Shown here one piece after another: positions 16,099-23,376 of a DNA stretch of 24,292 bases. Numbering within the stretch: the first letter of the stretch is position 1; every line of letters begins with the position of its first letter. Source of the stretch: a virus (taxonomy: Duplodnaviria > Caudoviricetes); IMG/VR virus record IMGVR_UViG_3300005405_000349, positions 1 to 24,292 of that record. One strand, 5' to 3'. The notes below the pieces were generated by a model that saw only the letters and a program-made list of their open reading frames with translations, ran no database searches and was not told where the DNA came from. The position numbers and the translations under genes were made by a program.

Positions 16099-17687
16099 CA
16101 GACCGCCCCCTTGACGTCCCCGTAGAACTGCCGTATCTCGTCTGGGAGGAAACCGAGGGCGAGCTCGGGGAGGCCGTTTGCAGAGACCCTGACCTGTCCG
16201 TAGACCGCCCGGAGGGTGACGCCGCCGGCCTGCAGGTACGCGGCCGGGACGCGCTGCGCGACTCCGTTGATCCTCAGCTGCTCGGGCCGGCCTTCGGGGG
16301 GCTGATACCAGATCCACTCGCCGTCCTCGACGTAGAGGCTGCCGGACGGGACCGGGTTCGGGATGACGACCGGGGGCGTGGGCTCGTCGTCGAGCGGGGC
16401 GTATGACGGGAGGCCTTTGAGGACGCTGTCCCCCCAGACCTCATACGTCGGGATGTCCTCACCCGAGATGATGATGTTCCCCCCGACCAGGGTGTACCTG
16501 AGCACGTCGTACTTGTCGCGGACCTGGGCCGCGTGCCCGGGGCAGTCGAAGTAATCGATGCGTGCCGTCCGACCGAAGAGGATGGCCGGCTCGGGCGGAG
16601 GATTGATCACGGTCAGGTCGAGGGTGCCCGAGCCGGTCACCTGGCCCTGGAAGGCCCGGACCTGCGCCCCGTCGCTGACGAACTGGATCTTCGCGCCGAG
16701 GCAGGCATACTCGGCGATCATCCCATACTTCGAGCCGGTGTCGCGGCAGCCGCGCACCACCAGCGAGTTCGGCTTTTCGTTCTTGATGCCGAAGCCGGCC
16801 AGGGCGCAGCGTTCGGTGCGGCAGTTGATGAGCTGGGCCGACTGGACATAGATCCCGCAGCAGAACCGCTCGACCTCGTCCGGACTGCATCGTTGGCCGC
16901 AACCGATGGCGACGCAGTCCTCGAGCACGAAGTCTTCAACGTCCTGCCGGTGCCCCGTCCATGATCCGTCGGTGTGGCATCCGCTCTGGTAGGTGTCCTC
17001 GGCACGGAGCCGGCGCCACGTCATGCGAATGATGTTGCCGGTATCCACCAGGAACCCGCAGCTCCAGTCGCGGGGGGAGAGGAGGCCGCTGCCACACGAG
17101 ATGGCCTCGCAGTCTTCCCAGAGGAAGTCCGCGAACGTGCCGCCCTCCTGTGCGCCGTAGGTGTGGCACGAGAAGCCGTGATGGTAGGCCCGGTCCCCGG
17201 TGCATCGCCGGAGCGTGACTCCTTTGAGCGTCTTGCCGGGCTTGCAATAGAACAGGAATGCGGCCGTGCAGTTCCGGTTCAGGTCGTAGTACTCGCCTTT
17301 CTCATCGGCCTGCCGGACCGTGATATCCTCGCCGAGGAAGTCCCCCCCCGTGTCGAACCACTGGATATGCCCCTTGCCGATCATCTTGAACTGCTTGAGG
17401 GTGACGCCGGGCTTGTCGACGGTGATCCGGACGATTGACGATCTTGCCTCGAGGACAGTGCCGGGCTCGCCGGTGATCGTTGCCCCTTTGCCGGGCCGGA
17501 GGTAGCCGCCACCGGACGGGTCGCCAGAGCTGCCACCGTTGAGGTTGATGCGGCCGTCGAGCATGTGGACCTTCGCGCCGGCGACGGTCCAGTACTTCGC
17601 AAGCACGGCCATATCGGTGCGGCCGTCGAGCCGGACGTCGGCCGGTTCGATATTGCCGGCCGGGGCGATGATGATGGTCTCGGTCAT
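16098..17687 (-). CDS. Right-handed parallel beta-helix (pectate lyase-like) protein
   Basis: 529 aa; N-terminal 'AKVHMLDGRIN...TITGEPGTVL', repeated rungs ('GVTLRRCT', 'DFLWEDCEA..CG', 'DFVLEDCVA.GCG', 'QLINCRT', 'LVVRGC'), Pro linker 'EPTPPVVIPNPVP' and a C-terminal module. Confidence 0.75.
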   Translation of the reverse strand: MTETIIIAPAGNIEPADVRLDGRTDMAVLAKYWTVAGAKVHMLDGRINLNGGSSGDPSGGGYLRPGKGATITGEPGTVLEARSSIVRITVDKPGVTLKQFKMIGKGHIQWFDTGGDFLGEDITVRQADEKGEYYDLNRNCTAAFLFYCKPGKTLKGVTLRRCTGDRAYHHGFSCHTYGAQEGGTFADFLWEDCEAISCGSGLLSPRDWSCGFLVDTGNIIRMTWRRLRAEDTYQSGCHTDGSWTGHRQDVEDFVLEDCVAIGCGQRCSPDEVERFCCGIYVQSAQLINCRTERCALAGFGIKNEKPNSLVVRGCRDTGSKYGMIAEYACLGAKIQFVSDGAQVRAFQGQVTGSGTLDLTVINPPPEPAILFGRTARIDYFDCPGHAAQVRDKYDVLRYTLVGGNIIISGEDIPTYEVWGDSVLKGLPSYAPLDDEPTPPVVIPNPVPSGSLYVEDGEWIWYQPPEGRPEQLRINGVAQRVPAAYLQAGGVTLRAVYGQVRVSANGLPELALGFLPDEIRQFYGDVKGAV

Positions 17688-17884
17688 ACAGGGATCACCT
17701 TCAGCAGGACGGCCGGGCCGTCTTCATCCCAGATGCGGACGGGGTTCTCCTGCCCGTCCTCGGTCTTGCGGGTCTCGACCTGGATCTTCTCCCCCGCGGT
17801 GAACGCGCGGGACTGGACGCCGGGCCGGGTCAGGAGCTCGGCGAGGAGCTGGGCCCTCGAGTAGCCCCGAAGCCCGAGCTTCAC
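17684..17884 (-). CDS. BC1881-like small phage protein (66 aa)
   Basis: 'L..YSRAQLLAELLTRPGV...GPAVLLKV' resembles the 'L..EL..REGV...GPA.IL.V' family pattern; GTGA overlap. Confidence 0.6.
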   Translation of the reverse strand: MKLGLRGYSRAQLLAELLTRPGVQSRAFTAGEKIQVETRKTEDGQENPVRIWDEDGPAVLLKVIPV

Positions 17885-18027
17885 AGGCTCGCCTCCTCAG
17901 CATCGTCTCCCGTCTTCCACTCCTCGGGGCACTCCTCGGGCTCGAGCCGGTCGACAGGCGAGACCTGCCGGCGCTGGAGTTCTGCCTTCAGCACGACGAG
18001 CGGGACGTCTTCGAGAGGTTCGGTCAT
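17881..18027 (-). CDS. Small acidic protein (48 aa)
   Basis: MTEPLEDVPLVVLKAELQRRQVSPV...; AGGAGG SD; ATGA overlap. Confidence 0.7.
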   Translation of the reverse strand: MTEPLEDVPLVVLKAELQRRQVSPVDRLEPEECPEEWKTGDDAEEASL

Positions 18028-18398
18028 GGGGCCTCCTTCGGGACGACGAGGACCGCGCCGCCGGGGGCGAGGGATATCCGCTTGAACGCATCGAACGGAG
18101 TGTCGTATGCTGTGACTCCCTCCCGTCCCTTCAGCGCCTCGACCATGGCCGCAGTCGGCGCCTGCTCGCAGATTGCGATCCATTCGTCGAGGTGGAGTTC
18201 GTGGCTCCACTCGATCGTACCGCCAGTGGAGTGCGGGCACCTGTCCGGGGGCACCGTCTCGTATCCCTCGGGGTTGTGGACCCCCAGGAGCACGCAGTGG
18301 GGCGAGCAGTCTCGGCAGATTGAGATCATGGGCTCGACGGCGGGGGGCTGTGCCCCTTCGTTTCCTACATTTTTTCCAGTTTCGTGAGATGGGGTCAT
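18024..18398 (-). CDS. Cys-containing protein with BC1881-like C-terminus (124 aa)
   Basis: GGTGA SD, ATG 18398; CxxCxxxC...C, then 'APTAAMVEALKGREGV...GGAVLVV'. Confidence 0.65.
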   Translation of the reverse strand: MTPSHETGKNVGNEGAQPPAVEPMISICRDCSPHCVLLGVHNPEGYETVPPDRCPHSTGGTIEWSHELHLDEWIAICEQAPTAAMVEALKGREGVTAYDTPFDAFKRISLAPGGAVLVVPKEAP

Positions 18399-18495
18399 GG
18401 TGTCACCAGGGGGTAGATTTCGTACGAATTTCGACGGTCGGCGAGAGCGGCGAGGGGCCTGAAAAGAGGGGGTGCAGAGGGGGAGATCAGTCCCC

Positions 18496-18590
18496 GTGCC
18501 AGGGTGCCAAGGTGCCAGGTATTTTGGAAAGTCCTTACGCAAGTGTAGTACATGGAGAATACTTTCCGGATCCGACCGGCACATTGGCAC
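18496..18590. other. Putative replication origin (iterons flanking an inverted repeat and AT-richer core)
   Basis: GTGCCA at 18496, 18504 and 18512 (8-bp period); GGAAAGT 18526-18532 / ACTTTCC 18561-18567; inverted GGCAC 18578-18582 and TGGCAC 18585-18590; directly after the helicase stop. Confidence 0.7.
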
Positions 18591-18592
18591 AA

Positions 18593-20635
18593 CTAGATCC
18601 CCTCCCATTCCGAACGACGCTCGTCATTCGTCTTGTACGTGATTCCGAGCCAATACCGGACGAATTCTGTTTCCCCTTTCGCGTTGATCAACCGGGCACG
18701 TCTTGGATCACCGACGACCCCTCGATCCTTGAGTGCGGCCGCGAACTTCTCCGCCGAGACGATCGATCCACCATTATCCCGCACAAATGACTTGTACGCG
18801 GCATAGAGATCGCTCCGGACCTCACGGTCATTCGGCCCGAGGGTGATGATGCACTCCTCGTCGAGGAACTTCGAAACGGCATCGGCGTCGAGCCGGTACT
18901 CCTCGGTCGCCACCTTGAATACCTCGGGTTGGATCAGTTTGCGCCCGGCCCTGTGGTAGGCCCTGAGCCCGTCGAGACACCAGTTGAGAATGCCCGACCG
19001 TTCCACGAGGAGCTTCTGAACGATATCCTCATCACGCTCCTCCAGCGGGATCTCCACGGTGAACGGCACGAGCCATATCCGTCTCCAGATAGCTTTGTCG
19101 GTCGAGACCGCCGGCTTGTGGTTGGTGGCGTACCAGATCTTGTAACCCGGGGTGTACTCGAACTCCCGTTCGAAGAGCCGGCGCACCGTGATGCGATCGC
19201 GGCCGGTGATCGACTTCACCGCCTCCTCGTCGAGTCGCGCCCCTTCGGCACTCTCGCTCGTCGTCACGAGCCGGGCGCCGACCAGGTTGGCAAGTTCGGT
19301 CTTCGGGCCTTCGTTATGCCTTCGCTTCATCAGGGTCTTCGAAGCGTCCGCACTCTTCGAGTAGGCCCCCCAGATCGTCCCGAGCACTTCGAGGGTCTTG
19401 CTCTTCCCGTTCGAACCGGTCTTCCCGTAGAGGATGAAGAAGACCTCGGCCGGGTTGTCGGCGAGCATACTATACCCACACATCTGCTGAAACCCGTCGA
19501 TGGCCTCCCGGTCCCCGGCGAAGATGCGATCGAGGTGGGCGAGCCAGAGCGGGCACTCGGCCTTTTCATCGTAGTCGACGTCGGCCATCTTCGTGAGATA
19601 GTCCTCGGGGCGGTGCTCTCTGAATCGAACCTCGTCGAGTTCGATCGTGCCGTTTCTCACGTTGAACAGATTGGGATCCATATCCAACTCCTCGACCGAG
19701 ATCGGAACCTCCGATCGGGCGAGCTCGAGCATTGCTGTTAGGGTGCGGGCCGACTCGGCCTTCTTTGCGAACTGGAGGAGGGCGCGCTTGACCTGATCAT
19801 CTTCGATCTGCGAGACCTCCGCGTAGAGCCGGCGGGCAGTCGTCTTCGCCCGGATCCGGATCGCATCGGTCCGGTCCGGCACCCAGACCCGCTTGTCCCA
19901 GATGAGCCAGGACTTCATCTGGTGACAGTACAACACCTCCTCCCAGTGGGCCGCGACGAACCGTTCGGCGAGCCCCATCTCGGTATAGTGGTCCTCGTGC
20001 TTCGACAGTTTCGTGACCGGCATCCGGGTTTTCCGGGCGCGTTCGTGCTCCTCCGCCACGAGCGTCATCAGGGTGGAGGTATCGAGCGAGTACGAGTATC
20101 CCGTGTTGTAGACGCCGGCGCTGGCGAGGACCTCCTGGGGAGTGGTCTTCTTGTGGAGGAATATCGACCGGGCGTGGGCTCGGAGCATCTGCTCGAGCTC
20201 CTTCCGCTTCGTCTCGACGTCGACCGCATCGATCGCGGCCTGCATCGCCTCCAGGTCGGCCTGGATCTGAGCCTCGCGGCGCTCCCTCTCGGCCTCCGCC
20301 TCGGTGCACATCCGATTGACGATCTCCCGGACCTCGTCGGCCGGGATCGGGCGCGACGAGTCGATCAGCCAGTCGATCACGGACTCCAGGGGGGTCTCCT
20401 GTTCGATCGCGATCGCGACCTGTCGCGAGAGATGCGCCTCGGCCGCCGCCCGGGGGTCGTCCGCTTTCCGTTCCATCTCGCGTTTCCTGATCAATGCGCA
20501 GTGGCCGATGAGTCGTTGGGAGAGGTAGTACTCGCGGCCGTGGCCGCGCTCCAGCCCGATCACGTCGTCGGGGGTCGATGGGACCGGCAGGTCGTCGCGG
20601 ACCGGCAGGTCGCGGGCGGCGGTCAGGTCACTGAT
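18593..20635 (-). CDS. D5/P4-family SF3 replicative helicase (start uncertain, probably ATC 20635)
   Basis: D5_N 'TEMGLAERF...W.IWD..W' and 'NVRNGTIEL...FREH.PEDYLTK'; Walker A 'GKTGSNGKS'; Walker B 'RLVTTSE'; motif C 'ATNHKP'; 'AIWRRI'; C-terminal winged helix. Confidence 0.93.
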   Translation of the reverse strand: MSDLTAARDLPVRDDLPVPSTPDDVIGLERGHGREYYLSQRLIGHCALIRKREMERKADDPRAAAEAHLSRQVAIAIEQETPLESVIDWLIDSSRPIPADEVREIVNRMCTEAEAERERREAQIQADLEAMQAAIDAVDVETKRKELEQMLRAHARSIFLHKKTTPQEVLASAGVYNTGYSYSLDTSTLMTLVAEEHERARKTRMPVTKLSKHEDHYTEMGLAERFVAAHWEEVLYCHQMKSWLIWDKRVWVPDRTDAIRIRAKTTARRLYAEVSQIEDDQVKRALLQFAKKAESARTLTAMLELARSEVPISVEELDMDPNLFNVRNGTIELDEVRFREHRPEDYLTKMADVDYDEKAECPLWLAHLDRIFAGDREAIDGFQQMCGYSMLADNPAEVFFILYGKTGSNGKSKTLEVLGTIWGAYSKSADASKTLMKRRHNEGPKTELANLVGARLVTTSESAEGARLDEEAVKSITGRDRITVRRLFEREFEYTPGYKIWYATNHKPAVSTDKAIWRRIWLVPFTVEIPLEERDEDIVQKLLVERSGILNWCLDGLRAYHRAGRKLIQPEVFKVATEEYRLDADAVSKFLDEECIITLGPNDREVRSDLYAAYKSFVRDNGGSIVSAEKFAAALKDRGVVGDPRRARLINAKGETEFVRYWLGITYKTNDERRSEWEGI

Positions 20636-21039
20636 ACCCTCACCTCCTCTACGCTCTCGAGCGGGCCGGTCTCGAGGGGAAGGGGGCCGGCCTCCCCCGC
20701 GAACGACTGCGCCATCTCCATGAAGACGCTGAGGGGGACGACGGCGTAGGCCTGCGAACGATTCCGAGAGAACACAAGCAGCGGCCGGAGGCCCTCGGCC
20801 TTCGCGTTCGCCTCGCATTGCGACATGGCCTTCCAGATGTTCAGGGCCTCGACCTTCTTGCACTCGACCGCGAACGGGAACGCCCGGGCCGCGAGGGTCG
20901 AGAGTTTCATGTCTGCGCCCGTCTCGCCCATGATGGCGGGGCGGACGTCGCGGTCGGAGAACCCGAAGGTCGCGCGGATGACGTTGGCGATCGTCGTCTG
21001 GAACGTTCGCCCTTTGGCTTTGCAGCTGGCTGGTTTCAT
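20623..21039 (-). CDS. Holliday junction resolvase (PD-(D/E)XK, Hjc / T5 D14-like)
   Basis: 138 aa from ATG 21039; 'KAKGRTFQ', 'MGETGAD', 'AVECKKVE.LNIW.A..Q', 'PLLVF.RNR'. Confidence 0.88.
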   Translation of the reverse strand: MKPASCKAKGRTFQTTIANVIRATFGFSDRDVRPAIMGETGADMKLSTLAARAFPFAVECKKVEALNIWKAMSQCEANAKAEGLRPLLVFSRNRSQAYAVVPLSVFMEMAQSFAGEAGPLPLETGPLESVEEVRVSVT

Positions 21040-22139
21040 TCGGGTCTCTCCTGGATCTTCGTGACAGTACGGAACCGGACGACCGCTCCTCGCAGGAACG
21101 CGGCCGTCCGGCCCTCTCCCGGCGCCAGGTCGTGCGCCGACTTCGACAGGTCCACGAGGTCCTCGGCCGGGATGTGGGCGAGTTTCCGGGCGTTCGTGGT
21201 CACAGTCTCGTGGGCGAAGCCGGCCGCGAGGGCCTGCTCCGCAAACGCCCACAGGTCGGGCCGGTGCGCGAGGGCCAGGACCTTCACCGGGGGCTCGCGG
21301 CCGTCGAACGCTTTGACCAGGCGCTCCTGGCACCAGGCCTTCGCAGCGTCCCGGCGCGAGACCGTCACCGCGACTTCGTCCGGGATCAGGTCGATGCCGT
21401 GGATCCGGCGATACCTGCGGACCGCACTCGCCGCGACCTTGATCGATGCCGAGTTTTCATACTGCTCGCCCGCCAGGTCGACGGCGATCAGGGTCGGGTC
21501 CTGCAGCCGCTCGGGGGTGATCCGGCCGAGGACGCAGAGATCCGACCGGATGCTCGACCCCGGGGCCTTCGCGGCGATGCGGGCCTCGGCGTACTTCCAG
21601 AGGTCGGGCCGGCCGATCAGGGCCCTCGACCGGATCGGGGGGGTCTCCGTGCCGAAAAGGGACCGCCATAGCGCCCCACAGCGTTTCTCGTAGTCCCGGA
21701 TCATGTTCCCGCGCCGGATCTCCAGGAGCTCCTCGGGAGTGCGACGTGGGGCCGAGACCTTCTTCGGCCGCGGCTGCCGGGGCGGTTTGACGGCCTTCGG
21801 CTTCGGTTCGCGCGGGGTCTTCACCTTCGGGGGCTTCGGTTCGCGCGGGGTCTTCACCTTCGGGGGCTTCGGTTCGCGGACCGGTTTCGGCCGGGGCTCG
21901 CGCGGCGTGGTGGCGGGGCGTCGATTCTTACCGGCGTCCTCCTCCAGCCGCTTCAGGGCTCGGGCCAGGACCGGGTTCTCCGGGGCCCGTTCGTCGTCCC
22001 GGGCAGGCTCCGGCACGGGGGAGACGAGCTCGAGGCCGTTGTCCCTGCGCCAGTTCCAGCAGTGCTCGTCGTGGACATCTTCGCCGATGTGGCATGGGCC
22101 GAACGACGGGCAGACGTCGCAGAGGAGGGCCTCGCTCAC
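21036..22139 (-). CDS. Multidomain putative DNA-binding protein (Cys cluster, Lys/Pro repeats, two duplicated helical domains)
   Basis: 367 aa; CDVCxxxxxC...C; (REPKPPKVKTP) repeats; internal duplication ALIGRPDLWKYAE / ALAHRPDLWAFAE. Confidence 0.75.
   Translation of the reverse strand: MSEALLCDVCPSFGPCHIGEDVHDEHCWNWRRDNGLELVSPVPEPARDDERAPENPVLARALKRLEEDAGKNRRPATTPREPRPKPVREPKPPKVKTPREPKPPKVKTPREPKPKAVKPPRQPRPKKVSAPRRTPEELLEIRRGNMIRDYEKRCGALWRSLFGTETPPIRSRALIGRPDLWKYAEARIAAKAPGSSIRSDLCVLGRITPERLQDPTLIAVDLAGEQYENSASIKVAASAVRRYRRIHGIDLIPDEVAVTVSRRDAAKAWCQERLVKAFDGREPPVKVLALAHRPDLWAFAEQALAAGFAHETVTTNARKLAHIPAEDLVDLSKSAHDLAPGEGRTAAFLRGAVVRFRTVTKIQERPE
21799..21878. repeat. 33-bp in-frame tandem repeat, about 2.4 perfect copies
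   Basis: GGCTTCGGTTCGCGCGGGGTCTTCACCTTCGGG at 21799 and 21832, partial copy at 21865. Confidence 0.95.
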
Positions 22140-22501
22140 GCGATCGCCTCCGCAGTGGCCGAGATCTCCGCAATAGCCGCTCTCTCAGGCCGTGTCGGAG
22201 CCTCGGCGGGTTCGAGGTCGATCGGGTCAAAGCAAAGGCCCGAGAGCATGGATTTGAGGGCTCCGAGGGGAGCTGAAAAGAATCCCGCACTGTCATCCAG
22301 ACCCGGGCGAAAGAGGATCGAACTCTCGAGCGGGATGGCGAGCCCGTCCTCCGGGCGCTCGTCGCCGTCCGGGATCCGGACCAGCTCGGCGAGCACATGG
22401 CCGCGGACCAGGGCCCGGGCATCGGCCGGCCGGAGGTAGTGCGGACCAAGGTCAAATCCGTCGATCCGGAGGCCGGTGGCGAACGGGGAGATCACGGGCA
22501 T
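22136..22501 (-). CDS. Hypothetical protein (121 aa)
   Basis: GAGGAG SD, ATG 22501 (MPVISPFATG...); GTGA overlap with the next gene. Confidence 0.7.
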   Translation of the reverse strand: MPVISPFATGLRIDGFDLGPHYLRPADARALVRGHVLAELVRIPDGDERPEDGLAIPLESSILFRPGLDDSAGFFSAPLGALKSMLSGLCFDPIDLEPAEAPTRPERAAIAEISATAEAIA

Positions 22502-22989
22502 GGCGACTCCTCGAAGACCACGATCCCATCGGTCGGAAGCACGATGATGCACTTGGCATCGAACCAGACGAGGAGGTTCCGAACCTGCCGGCGCAGGACG
22601 GATTTGACCTGTGATCGCTTGGTCGATTTCGTATCATGGTAACGAGAGTCCGCCTCGATCAGGGTCTCGATGGGCCGCTCCACGAGGTCTCGAAGCGAGT
22701 TCCGTCTGAGGAAGCGGCGGGCCGCGTTCGTCTCCTGCCAGGCGCGGTCGTGCTCCTGGCGGTGCGCCGAGTCTTTGAGCCAACGGAGATAAGGGAGGAG
22801 AGGGTCGGCCGGGTCTTCGCGGGGGGCCCGGTTCGGTCGGCGGTACGCGATCGCGGCCAATCGCCAGGCCTCGTCGACGACGAATCGCTCGGTCTGTTGA
22901 TCTAGGCAGGGTATATAGCCGGGGATCTCGGTCAAGACCGCGATGTCGCACGGAGGCCGGACGATCCGGGCCGGGGCGGCGGCGCTCAT
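22492..22989 (-). CDS. Hypothetical protein with integrase core-binding-like helical pattern (165 aa)
   Basis: ATG 22989 (ATGA overlap); 'LLPYLRWL...ARRFLR...ST...KSVLRRQVRNLLVWF'. Confidence 0.6.
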   Translation of the reverse strand: MSAAAPARIVRPPCDIAVLTEIPGYIPCLDQQTERFVVDEAWRLAAIAYRRPNRAPREDPADPLLPYLRWLKDSAHRQEHDRAWQETNAARRFLRRNSLRDLVERPIETLIEADSRYHDTKSTKRSQVKSVLRRQVRNLLVWFDAKCIIVLPTDGIVVFEESPCP

Positions 22990-23141
22990 GAGGATCCCCC
23001 ACAGGAGCTGGCCGGGCATCCGCCCCGAGATGGGAGAACGTCGCGGCGGGCCGCAGGACAGTAGGGGGAGCACGGCCGGCAGATCCCCTCTTGAAACCCA
23101 CAGGGCATGAGGCGATCGTGATCCACTTCTGATCCGATCAC
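22986..23141 (-). CDS. Cys-rich microprotein (51 aa)
   Basis: Not in the ORF track. GTG 23141 overlaps the upstream TGA and its TGA overlaps the downstream ATG: MIGSEVDHDRLMPCGFQEGICRPCSPYCPAARRDVLPSRGGCPASSCGGSS. Confidence 0.6.
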   Translation of the reverse strand: MIGSEVDHDRLMPCGFQEGICRPCSPYCPAARRDVLPSRGGCPASSCGGSS

Positions 23142-23281
23142 AGGGCCGCCCTCCCGTCCGCCTCCCGGCGCTGCTGCCGGTCGTGCCTATCCCAGGTCAG
23201 TCCGAGCACGATCGCACCGCCGAGCGGTCCGAAGGCGATGCCGACAGCCAGGGCGATGATGCCGACGATCGGCGGGGTCAT
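23138..23281 (-). CDS. Membrane microprotein (47 aa)
   Basis: GGAGG SD, ATGA overlap; MTPPIVGIIALAVGIAFGPLGGAIVLGLTWDRHDRQQRREADGRAAL. Confidence 0.7.
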   Translation of the reverse strand: MTPPIVGIIALAVGIAFGPLGGAIVLGLTWDRHDRQQRREADGRAAL

Positions 23282-23376
23282 CGCGTCCTCCGCCGGTACG
23301 AGTCGACGATGACGAGCACCAGCACGACTGCTGAGAGCCCGAGCGTGACGATCGAGCCCATGACGAGCCAGCTCAT
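23278..23376 (-). CDS. Single-TM microprotein (32 aa)
   Basis: ATGA overlaps at both ends; MSWLVMGSIVTLGLSAVVLVLVIVDSYRRRTR. Confidence 0.65.
   Translation of the reverse strand: MSWLVMGSIVTLGLSAVVLVLVIVDSYRRRTR

Noticed and set aside
20582-20612. Short direct repeat GACCGGCAGGTCG (RDLPV/RDDLPV), and GCGGTCGTCATG twice near 163-243
   Set aside because: Small in-frame coding duplications with no sign of att or regulatory function.
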